A DNA stretch of 64,000 bases from Rhizomicrobium sp. (GTDB lineage Bacteria; Pseudomonadota; Alphaproteobacteria; Micropepsales; Micropepsaceae): assembly GCA_036512455.1 (NCBI GenBank), contig DATCAT010000014.1:157205-221204 (forward strand). Reading direction: 5' to 3'. Positions 36,410-46,761 of the stretch are shown here, in pieces. A program made the position numbers and the translations under genes. The stretch's first letter is position 1. Every line of letters starts with the position of its first letter. The notes under the pieces were generated by a model. That model saw nothing but the letters and a program-made list of their open reading frames with translations. It was not told where the DNA came from and made no database searches.

Positions 36410-37741
36410 TTACGGCCGGTAGGTCAGCTGCAAGCCGGCGACGTTGACATAGGACTGGGTCGTGCCGGTCAGCGTGCCGCGCAGCGCCGCGCCCGGGATG
36501 GCCGGATTGAGCGCGACGTCCGTCTTCAGGTTGAACAGCCGCGAGGCCGTGACGTTCAGGTCCATGCTGCTGCTCAGGCGGCAGCGTACGCCCGCCGACA
36601 GCCAGATGCGGTCGGCGTCGGGAATGCGCGGCTCGCGCGTCGCGTCGGGCACGGGGCTTTGGTCGTAGGCGGCGCCGGCGCGAAACGCGAGGGATTGGCT
36701 GGCGCGATATTCCAGGCCGACTGAACCGAACAGCGTGTTGCGCCAGTGCGTCGTCGTCACGTCGTTGGGCTGCAACGGATTTGCCGCGATGACGGTGAGC
36801 TGGCGAAAGCGGCTCCAATGGGTCCAGTCCAGTTCCACCATGCCCGACCAGTTGCTGGAGAACTCGTTGCGCGCGCCGAACTCGACCATATCCGGCATGG
36901 TCAGCGGCGTCGTCTGGCGCGTGTCGGTGAACAGGCCCGTCACGGCGCGGATGGTGGCGCCGACGCCGGTGGCGTCCAGCGTGAAGGTCAGCGGCCCCTT
37001 CAGGTCGTGCTGCAGCGACGAGCGATAGGAGAGGCCCAAGGTCAGGCTGTCGCTGGGCCTGGCCATCACGCCGGCGGTGTAGCCGAACGTCCAGCTCTTG
37101 CCGCCGAGACGCGCGAAGCTGTCCTGCCCGCCGGGCACGGAGCCGGGGATGCCGTTCAGCGCCCCCAACGTGCCGGTGTCGATGGCGCTGGTCAGCGTGC
37201 CTTGCGCGTACTCGACCTGCAGGCCGGCACCGAAGGTGAGGCTTGGGCTCAGCTGATAGGAAATCGTCGGCGTGGCGTTGATCGTCAGGAGTTCGGTCTT
37301 CTGCGCGTCGTACCGTCCGGCCCAGGTCGCGGGATAGTCGGTTCGCAGGCCCCAGGGCGCGGAGATCTCCAGCCCGACGGCGATGCGGTCGGACAACCGA
37401 TGGCGAAAACCGAAGGCCGGAACCAGCGCGTCGCTGATGAAGCCGCTCGGCGTCAAACTTCCGCCGGTCGGATTGCCGGCCGAGGTCGTCGCCGATGCAT
37501 AGGTGCCCTTCGAGCCGGGCAGGATCGCGACCATGCTGATCGAAAAGTCCGTGTCCATGACGCCGGCCAGCGAGGCGGGATTGTAGGCCAGATAGCTCGC
37601 GTCGCTGCTGGTCGCGGCGGCGCCGGCATAGGCCGCGGCCATCGCGTCGGCACTGTGCTCCTTGAGGCCGTAACCGGCGCCGAGAGCGGGCGATGCCCCC
37701 AGGGCGAACAGGCCCAGGAAAACGAACGCGGTCCGGCGCAT
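36410..37741 (-). CDS. fadL: OmpP1/FadL/TodX outer-membrane hydrophobic-molecule channel
   Basis: Signal peptide, GYGLKEHSA hatch region, AYNPASL, YDQSPV..RIPDADRIWLSAG. Confidence 0.85.
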   Translation of the reverse strand: MRRTAFVFLGLFALGASPALGAGYGLKEHSADAMAAAYAGAAATSSDASYLAYNPASLAGVMDTDFSISMVAILPGSKGTYASATTSAGNPTGGSLTPSGFISDALVPAFGFRHRLSDRIAVGLEISAPWGLRTDYPATWAGRYDAQKTELLTINATPTISYQLSPSLTFGAGLQVEYAQGTLTSAIDTGTLGALNGIPGSVPGGQDSFARLGGKSWTFGYTAGVMARPSDSLTLGLSYRSSLQHDLKGPLTFTLDATGVGATIRAVTGLFTDTRQTTPLTMPDMVEFGARNEFSSNWSGMVELDWTHWSRFRQLTVIAANPLQPNDVTTTHWRNTLFGSVGLEYRASQSLAFRAGAAYDQSPVPDATREPRIPDADRIWLSAGVRCRLSSSMDLNVTASRLFNLKTDVALNPAIPGAALRGTLTGTTQSYVNVAGLQLTYRP

Positions 37742-37818
37742 GGTGAAATTCCTTTTCGGTATCGCAGAGCAGATCATATCGCTTGATCGTCCAACTCATT
37801 GAAATTGCGTGAAACTGC

Positions 37819-37834
37819 GTAAATTCCCGTTAAC
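37819..37834 (+). promoter_or_regulatory. CtrA-like box GTAA-N7-TTAAC (one mismatch)
   Basis: Lies 78 bp upstream of the kinase ATG; consensus is TTAA-N7-TTAAC. Confidence 0.45.
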
Positions 37835-37912
37835 CTTCGCCGCTATGCAATTATTTACTCGGGTAAGGCGATGATGCGGCGGGGAAATTGTTAGGGTTCT
37901 CTGGCCATCCAG

Positions 37913-39346
<1,434 letters not shown>

Positions 39347-39354
39347 GGCCCGCA

Positions 39355-40800
39355 TCAGTTCTTGCGCACGAACAGCATTCTGACGCGGCCCGTCCGTTCG
39401 GTTTCGGTCCACGCCCTGGCGGCGTTCAGGCCCTCGGCCCATCCGATCATGTCCGCGTCGTTGCGATATTGCAGCGTCCAGTCGGCGATGTATTCCATCG
39501 GCCAATAGTTGCTGAGCGGGCATTCGTTCATGTTGCCGATGATGAGCAAGCCGCCCGGCATCAACAGGTCGAACAGCCGCTTCACCAGCGCCTTGGCGCG
39601 ATGATCGGTGAGGTAGTCGAGCAGGCCGACCGAATAGACCAGATCTTGCGGTGGCAGGCCGGCGAGGCCCTCTGTGCCGCGCAGGATGTCGGTGAAGGAC
39701 AGGTTCAGCCCCTGCACCTTGATGCGGCCGTCCGAGTTCAGGACATAGGGATAGGTCGTCTCATGCGCGTAGAGCAGGGCGACTTCTTCCTGGTCGATCA
39801 GCGAGAACTCGACGCGGTGGCCCGACGTGCTGTGGCTGCTGAGATAGGCCTGCACCTCGCGCGCCGGGCCGCTGCCCAGGCTGGCGATGCGCGCCGGACG
39901 GTCATGACCGCGCTCGCGCACGACGTCGCCGATATGGGTGCGGACCACTTCCATGCGCGTGCGAATGCATTCGGCCACTTCCAGGCCGACCCGATGCATC
40001 AGCATCTCGTAGGCGTCGCCGCCCAGCCGCTCCCAGTCATAGACCTGGTTCATGATCTCGAAGTCGCCGGGATAGCCCAGCGGCTTGGCGTAGGAGCGGT
40101 CCCAGATCGCGCCCTTGCGCAGTTCGGGCGTCAGGACGAGCTCGGTATACTCCTTGGCGGCTTCGCGCACGTCGCGGTCGCCGGTGAACGCCAGGGTCAG
40201 ATCGTTGCCGGTCCGCCACAGCGAGCGCCATTGCTGGATCAGGCGCGGCTCGCAGGTCTCGAACGCCTCGACCTGGTCGAGGCCGTGGTGGAATTCGTTC
40301 GCGACCGCCGAATTGGACTCCAGCACCACGCGGTAGGAGCGTAGCAGCTTGAGGACATCGGCGCAGAAGGCGCGATATTCGATCGGCACTAGCTGGGCGA
40401 ATTCCTGCGTGAAGGCCGGCGAGCGCGCCGCGATCTGTGCCTGGGTGTTGCGCGTCAAGAGCTTGTCGAACTCGACGAAGCGGTCGACGAAGTTGAAAGC
40501 GATCTTGGATCCGAACACCGTGCTTTCGGCCCGGCAGACGCGCGCCGAACTTTCGAAGATCGGCAATCCCGATTGCTGGATGCTAAGCGGCACCGTCTCG
40601 CCGACTTCCGGAAGATCGTCATGCGACGTCTTCGACAGCGCCGACAAGCCGCCCAGACTGATGTCATGCAAACGGTACGCTGTGGCACGCACGCGAACGC
40701 GCGGCGCCAGACTCGGAAACATTCTGCGGGCGTCGTAGCGCGGCGGGCGAAAACGGATTTGACGGCCGGTCGAGCCTTTTAACTCTTCATACGCAAGCAT
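39355..40800 (-). CDS. Class I SAM methyltransferase with N-terminal PilZ-like domain (PhcB-like)
   Basis: DISLGG (DxSxxG); KPLGYPGDFEIMN; SLGSGPARE; DLVYSVGLLDYL; GGLLIIGN. Start taken at MLAYEELKG. Confidence 0.75.
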   Translation of the reverse strand: MLAYEELKGSTGRQIRFRPPRYDARRMFPSLAPRVRVRATAYRLHDISLGGLSALSKTSHDDLPEVGETVPLSIQQSGLPIFESSARVCRAESTVFGSKIAFNFVDRFVEFDKLLTRNTQAQIAARSPAFTQEFAQLVPIEYRAFCADVLKLLRSYRVVLESNSAVANEFHHGLDQVEAFETCEPRLIQQWRSLWRTGNDLTLAFTGDRDVREAAKEYTELVLTPELRKGAIWDRSYAKPLGYPGDFEIMNQVYDWERLGGDAYEMLMHRVGLEVAECIRTRMEVVRTHIGDVVRERGHDRPARIASLGSGPAREVQAYLSSHSTSGHRVEFSLIDQEEVALLYAHETTYPYVLNSDGRIKVQGLNLSFTDILRGTEGLAGLPPQDLVYSVGLLDYLTDHRAKALVKRLFDLLMPGGLLIIGNMNECPLSNYWPMEYIADWTLQYRNDADMIGWAEGLNAARAWTETERTGRVRMLFVRKN

Positions 40801-40927
40801 GACGGTACCCCATGGAGAACAACCAAAAACATTCCCTCCTGAAGGCACCCCAGGGACGCCCGTTGGAGGACGCCATCACCCAAACCCCTGCGCCGATCGT
40901 TGAGTCGTCCGGTCGCAGCGAAACAAA

Positions 40928-40943
40928 GTTAACAAACCATTAA
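40928..40943 (-). promoter_or_regulatory. CtrA box TTAA-N7-TTAAC (perfect match)
   Basis: Minus strand reads TTAATGGTTTGTTAAC, upstream of the methyltransferase. A near-match lies at 41115-41130. Confidence 0.65.
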
Positions 40944-41266
40944 TAGCTGAAAGAGTCAGACGAATCAATTGGATGCGGCCCCCCTGTTTGAGGGGTGGGG
41001 TAGGGTTAATCGTTAATGCTGCCCAAAAACACGCCAAGCGATTCAAATCCTTCTGCAATTTGAATCCCTTAACGCCGCCGCCGCGAAGTTCCCGGGCGGC
41101 CAAACGGCCTATCGTTAAGAGAACGTAAACATCATGGAGCGGTGCGTATTCGATAAGAGCGAGCGTGCCTATTCGATAAAATACCTACGATTTTCACCGA
41201 TCAGCGTTAGCGATTTTGGCGCAGCATCGACGCGTCCGAGAACGGACGCCGAAAAAAGGGCTGGCC

Positions 41267-41563
41267 ATGTTTCTGTATCGCGTCAAAGTCGAGGAACTCG
41301 ACTCCCTGCGTCTGCTGACCTTGAAAAACGATCTGACGCGCAGCGAGGAAAGTCTGCGCGCGCAGTGCCCCATTCGCGAGATGAGCCTGGTGAGCGACGG
41401 CAGCAATCGCCGCGAGCTCGACATCTATCTGGCGCTCGACGATTTCATCGACAGCGATCAGTTGCAGCGGCTGGTGGGCGAACTGAATTCGCTGCTCGAC
41501 AGCGACGCGAAGTCGAACCGCGCGCACCCGGCGCGCGTCAGCTCGGAACTGATTCACATCTGA
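41267..41563 (+). CDS. Hypothetical protein
   Basis: 98-aa ORF with host-like codon usage; no family recognised. Confidence 0.55.
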   Translation: MFLYRVKVEELDSLRLLTLKNDLTRSEESLRAQCPIREMSLVSDGSNRRELDIYLALDDFIDSDQLQRLVGELNSLLDSDAKSNRAHPARVSSELIHI

Positions 41564-41571
41564 CCGGGTAG

Positions 41572-42390
41572 TCAGCCATCGTAGAAGAACGGCTGGTGCA
41601 ATCCGATCAGCGTGCGCTCGCGGTCGGTCTGTGCCCGCTCAATCGCTTCGGGCGACAGGTGATTGATCTCTTCGGTGGTGAAGATGCGCTGCGCCAGGTC
41701 GCGGCGGCCATAGTGACACTGCAGGAAAAAGCGCCCGCGCCCCGGTTGCGCCGGCGTGCCGCGATGCCAGGCATCCGACACGAACAGGATCGCATCGCCC
41801 GCCTTGGCCGGCAGGTAGACCGGCTTCTTGTTCTCGAAGGTGAGGTCGCTATCGCCCAGGCGTTCCTTCGGCGGCAGGCGTCCGGAGCGATGCGAACCGG
41901 GCAGCACGGCCGTCGGTCCGGCTTCCATCGGGCAGTCCCAGATGAAGATGTGAACCCCGATGGCGAATATCGGATAGGGGATCGCGTCCGGCCACGGCAC
42001 GTTCTCGGGCCGCGGCACGTGCGGTCCGGCATCGACATGCCACATGCCGCCCTGATGACCGGGCGCATTGCGCCAGGCGGTGTTGGCGATGACGTGGCAG
42101 TCCTCGCCCAGCAGCGGCTCGATGACGTCCAGCAGGGCGCGCGACGCGATCGCCTTCTGCGCCAGGGCCGAGCGGTTGAGCATGCCGTAGCGAAATTCAT
42201 TGCGTGCGTCGCGCTCGCGGTCGGTGCCGGAGGTTTCGAAGATGGCGGCGATCTCCGCGCCCAGCGCCGCGGTGCTTTGCGCATCCAGCACGCCGCGGAT
42301 CAGCGCGTAGCCTTCGCGCTCGAGCTGCTCGGAGGCGGCCGGTGCGGCGCCCCGCAACACTCTCAGATTGCCGTGTCTGCGCGTCAGCAT
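41572..42390 (-). CDS. Phytanoyl-CoA dioxygenase (PhyH) family 2OG oxygenase
   Basis: WHVDAG (HxD), GPTAVLPGSH, AGDAILF..DAWHRG. Confidence 0.88.
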   Translation of the reverse strand: MLTRRHGNLRVLRGAAPAASEQLEREGYALIRGVLDAQSTAALGAEIAAIFETSGTDRERDARNEFRYGMLNRSALAQKAIASRALLDVIEPLLGEDCHVIANTAWRNAPGHQGGMWHVDAGPHVPRPENVPWPDAIPYPIFAIGVHIFIWDCPMEAGPTAVLPGSHRSGRLPPKERLGDSDLTFENKKPVYLPAKAGDAILFVSDAWHRGTPAQPGRGRFFLQCHYGRRDLAQRIFTTEEINHLSPEAIERAQTDRERTLIGLHQPFFYDG

Positions 42391-42484
42391 ACGCGCATGC
42401 TAAGCGTCCGCAGCGGTACGGAGCAATGACTTCGCGGCTGCAGCAAACGAAAAAAGACAATCGAGACGGAGGGCCCGGGGCGCT

Positions 42485-42510
42485 GTAACCTTTACCGAGG
42501 ATCACGCGAA
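42485..42510 (+). promoter_or_regulatory. ECF16/SigF-type promoter GTAACC-N16-CGAA (autoregulatory)
   Basis: Directly upstream of the sigma gene; the same motif recurs at 43724 and 49861. Confidence 0.75.
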
Positions 42511-42525
42511 CTTGATGGCGAAGGC

Positions 42526-43071
42526 TTGGTCGAAGCGGAAGCAGAACTGAAGGCGCTGATGGTCCGCGCGCTGGGCGGCGACGGCGCCGCCTATGCCGCG
42601 CTGCTGCGCCGGCTGGGCGGCTATCTGCGGGCCTATTACCGCCGCCGCCTCGGCAACGCCGCCGATGCGGAGGACATGCTGCAGGAGACGCTGATCGCCA
42701 TGCATACGCGCCGCGCCACCTACGATCCCTCTCGGCCTTTCACGGCCTGGGTGCATGCGATCGCGCGCTACAAGCTGATCGATCATTTCCGCCGCAGCAA
42801 GCGCCGGGCCGAAGATCCGCTCGACGATCCCGATCTGTTGTTTTCGTCGGCTGACGCCAATGCCGCCGAAGCCCAGCTCGATGTCGACCGGCTGCTCGGC
42901 CGCCTGGCGCCGAAGACGCAAGCGCTGATCCGCGACGTGAAGATCGAAGGCCTGTCGACCGCCGAAGCCGCGGCGCGGCACAACATGTCGGAATCGGCGG
43001 TGAAGGTCGGCGTCCATCGCGGCTTGAAAAGTCTCGGCGCCAAGCTTGGGGAGGGGGAAGGCGAGCGATGA
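42526..43071 (+). CDS. ECF sigma factor (ECF16, SigF/EcfF-like)
   Basis: DAEDMLQETLIAMH, FTAWVHAIARYKLIDH, SESAVKVGVHRGLK; paired with NrsF. Confidence 0.9.
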   Translation: MVEAEAELKALMVRALGGDGAAYAALLRRLGGYLRAYYRRRLGNAADAEDMLQETLIAMHTRRATYDPSRPFTAWVHAIARYKLIDHFRRSKRRAEDPLDDPDLLFSSADANAAEAQLDVDRLLGRLAPKTQALIRDVKIEGLSTAEAAARHNMSESAVKVGVHRGLKSLGAKLGEGEGER

Positions 43072-43709
43072 AGACCGACGATCTCATCGCGGCTCTGTCC
43101 GCCGGGCTCGATCCCGTTCCCAGGCGCGCGGCCGCGGGCCGCCTGGCGCTGGGCCTGGCGCTCGGCGCGGCCGTCTCGGCGACGCTTATGTTGCTGTGGC
43201 TCGGCGTTCGCGCCGATCTGATGCCCGCCATGATGACCGGCCCGTTCTGGATGAAGTTCGCCTACGCCTTCAGTGTCGCCGTGCTCGGCTTCGGCCTGAT
43301 CGACCGGTTGGCGCGGCCCGACGGGGAGGGCGGCGTGTTGGGGCCCATGATCCTGGCACCGCTCGGCGTGATGATCGCACTCGCCGTCTGGCAGCTGATC
43401 GGCCTGTCGCATGCCGAGCGCATGGTGCTGATGATGGGCAGTTCCGCTCAGGTCTGCGCCCGCAACATCGCGGTTCTGTCGCTTCCGATCTTCATCGGCC
43501 TGTTGTGGAGCCTGCGGGCGCTCGCGCCCACCCGCCTGACGCTCGCCGGCGCGGTCGCCGGCGGCCTCGCGGGCGCCGCCGGAACTTTCATCTACGCCTT
43601 TCACTGCACCGAGAACGCGGCGCCGTTCGTGGCGATCTGGTATACGCTCGGCATCGCCGCGATGGGCCTGCTCGGCGCCTTGCTGGGCCGGCTGATGCTG
43701 CGCTGGTGA
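43068..43709 (+). CDS. nrsF: NrsF/DUF1109 membrane anti-sigma factor
   Basis: MKTDDLIAAL start, about 6 TM helices, two Cys (QVCARNI, AFHCTE), FVAIWY. Confidence 0.88.
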   Translation: MKTDDLIAALSAGLDPVPRRAAAGRLALGLALGAAVSATLMLLWLGVRADLMPAMMTGPFWMKFAYAFSVAVLGFGLIDRLARPDGEGGVLGPMILAPLGVMIALAVWQLIGLSHAERMVLMMGSSAQVCARNIAVLSLPIFIGLLWSLRALAPTRLTLAGAVAGGLAGAAGTFIYAFHCTENAAPFVAIWYTLGIAAMGLLGALLGRLMLRW

Positions 43710-43723
43710 TCTTCACATTGCTT

Positions 43724-43749
43724 GTAACCGTATAGTCTCGGCCATCGAA
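43724..43749 (+). promoter_or_regulatory. ECF16-type promoter GTAACC-N16-CGAA upstream of msrA
   Basis: Exact motif match. Confidence 0.75.
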
Positions 43750-43776
43750 TAACGGTCGAGGAACTGGAGACGTCCC

Positions 43777-44475
43777 ATGCTTCGCAGCCTTCGCAATGTG
43801 GTTCTGGCGGCCGGCATCGCCGCCGCCTGCAGCCTGTCCACCGCCTGCGCCGACGCCATCGACAAGGCGGTTCCGGCGGCCACGGTCGACGCGCCCAAGG
43901 CACAGGCCCCGGCCAGCGAGACCGCCGTCCTCGCCGGCGGCTGTTTCTGGGGCATGCAGGGCGTGTTCGAGCATGTCCGCGGCGTGACCAAGGTCGTGGC
44001 CGGCTATTCGGGCGGCGCCAAGGCGACGGCGATCTATGAGCTGGTCGGCACCGAGACCACCGGCCATGCCGAGTCGGTGCAAATCACCTTCGATCCGCGT
44101 GTGGTTTCCTATGGCGAGATTCTGCGGGTCTATTTTTCGGTGGCGCATGACCCCACCGAGCTGGATCGCCAGGGCCCCGACAGCGGCAACAGCTACCGCT
44201 CGGAAATCTTCTTCGCCTCGCCGATGCAGGAGAAGATCGCGCGCGCCTATGTCGCCCAGCTGACCGCGGCGCACACCTTTGCCGCACCGATCGTGACCCG
44301 GATCGAGAAGGTGACGGGCTTCTACGCCGCCGAGGGCTATCACCAGGACTACCTGTTCCATAACCCGACCGCGGGCTACATCGTCTACAACGATCTGCCC
44401 AAAATCGATGCACTCAAGCGCGTCCTGCCGGTCCTGTATCGCGACAAGCCGGTGCTGTTGACCGACCATAGCTGA
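43777..44475 (+). CDS. msrA: Exported peptide methionine-S-sulfoxide reductase
   Basis: Signal peptide; AGGCFWG, GHAESV, AEGYHQDY. Confidence 0.95.
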   Translation: MLRSLRNVVLAAGIAAACSLSTACADAIDKAVPAATVDAPKAQAPASETAVLAGGCFWGMQGVFEHVRGVTKVVAGYSGGAKATAIYELVGTETTGHAESVQITFDPRVVSYGEILRVYFSVAHDPTELDRQGPDSGNSYRSEIFFASPMQEKIARAYVAQLTAAHTFAAPIVTRIEKVTGFYAAEGYHQDYLFHNPTAGYIVYNDLPKIDALKRVLPVLYRDKPVLLTDHS

Positions 44476-44484
44476 CACAATCGG

Positions 44485-44510
44485 GGAACTTTCCTGCTAT
44501 TGTCCCCGTT
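44485..44510 (+). promoter_or_regulatory. EcfG/SigT-type general stress promoter GGAAC-N17-CGTT upstream of egtB
   Basis: Matches the alphaproteobacterial general-stress-response consensus. Confidence 0.55.
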
Positions 44511-44541
44511 GACCAACGGCAACGCGGGCGACCCCTAGGAC

Positions 44542-45744
44542 ATGGCCAGAGACGCGACACTCCCCGCCGCAGCGACGGCGGACGCGCCGTCCGCGCTGCT
44601 GGCCGACTATGCGGCCGTGCGCCGGCACAGCGAAGCGCTGGCCGCCCCGCTGAGCGCCGAGGACCAGAACATCCAGTCCATGCCGGACGCCAGTCCCACC
44701 AAATGGCATCTGGCGCATACGACCTGGTTTTTCGAAACCGTGGTGCTGGGGAAATTCGACCCGGGCTACAAGCCGTTCGATCCCGCCTTCGGCTACCTGT
44801 TCAATTCCTATTATGAGGGCCTGGGCCCGCGCCATCCGCGGCCGCAGCGCGGCCTGCTCAGTCGTCCGTCCGTCGCGGAGATCGGCGAATACCGCCTGGC
44901 GGTCGACGAGGCGATGACGCGCCTGATCGAGGAGCGGCCGGCCGAGGTCGCGCCGCTTCTGACGCTTGGCCGGCATCACGAACAGCAGCACCAGGAACTG
45001 ATCCTCACCGACATCCAGCACGCCTTCTTTTGCAATCCGCTATTGCCCGCCTACGCGCCGGCCGCGGCCCGCGCCGCGCGCGCGGCTTCGCCGACGTCAT
45101 GGCTCGACCATGCCGGCGGCGTGGTCGAAATCGGACATGCCGGCGAAGGCTTTTCCTTCGACAATGAAGGCCCGCGTCATGCGGTGTTGCTGCAGCCCTT
45201 CCGCATCGCCGCACGCCCGGTCAGCAATGGCGAGTTTCTGAACTTCATCGCCGATGGCGGCTACCGCCGGCCGGAATTCTGGCTGTCGGACGGCTGGGCC
45301 ATGGTGCAGCGCGACGCGCTCAACGCGCCGCTCTACTGGCTGGGCGAGGCGTCCGGCTGGCGGCAATTCACCTTGCATGGCCCCCATGCGCTTGAAGAAC
45401 AGGCGCCCGTCGCACATTTAAGCTTCTACGAAGCCGCGGCCTATGCCGCCTGGGCGGGAGCGCGCTTGCCGACCGAATTCGAATGGGAAGCCATGGCGCC
45501 GCGCCTCGCGGGGCGGGGCGAGGTCTGGGAGTGGACCCGTTCGTCCTACGATCCCTATCCGGGCTATCGCCCGTTCGACGGCGACGTCGCCGAATACAAC
45601 GGCAAATTCATGAGCGGGCAGATGGTGCTGCGCGGCGGCTCGGCCGCCACGCCGCCTGGCCACATCCGCCCGACCTACCGCAATTTCTTTCCGCCCTCCG
45701 CGCGCTGGCAGTTCAGCGGCCTTCGACTTGCGAGCGACACATGA
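44542..45744 (+). CDS. egtB: Ergothioneine sulfoxide synthase EgtB
   Basis: SPTKWHLAHTTWFFE, HHEQQHQEL iron motif, FGE-sulfatase domain, YNGKFM, YRNFF. Confidence 0.9.
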   Translation: MARDATLPAAATADAPSALLADYAAVRRHSEALAAPLSAEDQNIQSMPDASPTKWHLAHTTWFFETVVLGKFDPGYKPFDPAFGYLFNSYYEGLGPRHPRPQRGLLSRPSVAEIGEYRLAVDEAMTRLIEERPAEVAPLLTLGRHHEQQHQELILTDIQHAFFCNPLLPAYAPAAARAARAASPTSWLDHAGGVVEIGHAGEGFSFDNEGPRHAVLLQPFRIAARPVSNGEFLNFIADGGYRRPEFWLSDGWAMVQRDALNAPLYWLGEASGWRQFTLHGPHALEEQAPVAHLSFYEAAAYAAWAGARLPTEFEWEAMAPRLAGRGEVWEWTRSSYDPYPGYRPFDGDVAEYNGKFMSGQMVLRGGSAATPPGHIRPTYRNFFPPSARWQFSGLRLASDT

Positions 45745-46694
45745 GCCCGTTTGCCATTGCCGCGCAGACCCAGACCAGCGAATTCGGCTACGCCCTGCTG
45801 GAAGGCCTGCACCGGCCCATCAAGCGCATTCCCAGCAAGTTCTTCTACGACGCGGCGGGGTCCGAACTCTTCGAGCGCATCACCGAGCTTCCCGAATATT
45901 ATCCGACCCGCACCGAGCTTGGCATCCTCAAGGCCCACGCCGCCGAGATCGCGCGGCTGATCGGTCCCGACGCCGAGCTGGTCGAATTCGGCGCCGGGGC
46001 GCTGCGCAAGGTGCGCCTCCTGCTGGACGTCCTGAAATCGCCGCGCGCCTATGTGCCGGTGGACATCGCCGGCGACTATCTGATGGACGTCGTGCGTCGG
46101 CTGGAAGGCGACTATCCCGGTTTGCGCCTCCATCCCGTGGTTGCCGATTTCACCCGTCCCCTGGCGCTGGGCGTGTTGGGAAGTGGCGCGTCGCACCGTG
46201 CGGGCTTTTTCCCGGGCTCGACGATCGGCAATTTCACGCGCGCCGATGCCGTTCAGTTCCTGCGCCACACCCGCGCCACGCTGGGCGGCGGCGGCCTTCT
46301 GATCGGCGTCGACCTGGTGAAGGATCCTGCCATCCTGCATGCGGCCTACAATGACGCCGACGGCGTCACCGAAGCCTTCAACAAGAATCTTCTGGTGCGC
46401 GCCAATCGCGAACTGGATGCGGATTTCGATCTCGGCGCCTTCGCCCACTACGCCTGTTACAACCCAGTGGCGCAGCGCATCGAAATGTATCTGGTCAGCC
46501 TGGCCGCCCAGCGTGTGCGCGTCGCCGGCGAGACGATCCGCCTGGCGCAAGGCGAAGCGATCCACACCGAGGACTCGCACAAATATACGCTGGATGGCTT
46601 CCGGGCGCTGGCCGCCGAAGCCGGCTATGCGCCGCGCAAGGTGTGGACGGACCCGGCCCGCTTGTTCAGCCTGCAATGGCTGGAGCCGGCCTAG
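45741..46694 (+). CDS. egtD: L-histidine N-alpha-trimethyltransferase EgtD
   Basis: IPSKFFYD, PEYYPTRTE, EFGAG, FPGSTIGNF, AAYNDADGVTEAFN, IHTEDSHKY. Confidence 0.93.
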   Translation: MSPFAIAAQTQTSEFGYALLEGLHRPIKRIPSKFFYDAAGSELFERITELPEYYPTRTELGILKAHAAEIARLIGPDAELVEFGAGALRKVRLLLDVLKSPRAYVPVDIAGDYLMDVVRRLEGDYPGLRLHPVVADFTRPLALGVLGSGASHRAGFFPGSTIGNFTRADAVQFLRHTRATLGGGGLLIGVDLVKDPAILHAAYNDADGVTEAFNKNLLVRANRELDADFDLGAFAHYACYNPVAQRIEMYLVSLAAQRVRVAGETIRLAQGEAIHTEDSHKYTLDGFRALAAEAGYAPRKVWTDPARLFSLQWLEPA

Positions 46695-46761
46695 AGTCCG
46701 ATCCAATCGGGAACCTCGCGCCTACAGAACGCTTATCTCAGCGGGAAAGCAGGCGGCATTC

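Noticed and set aside
40830-40840. AGGAGG followed by ATG upstream of the methyltransferase (minus strand)
   Set aside because: This ATG (40832) is out of frame with the gene and too close to the Shine-Dalgarno sequence; no supported ORF.
44542-45744. Selenoneine synthase SenA
   Set aside because: No selenophosphate synthetase or SenB-type glycosyltransferase is adjacent; pairing with egtD alone fits ergothioneine.
46710-46734. EcfG promoter upstream of topoisomerase IB
   Set aside because: The -35 GGAAC is present but the -10 reads GCTT rather than CGTT; too weak to list as a feature.
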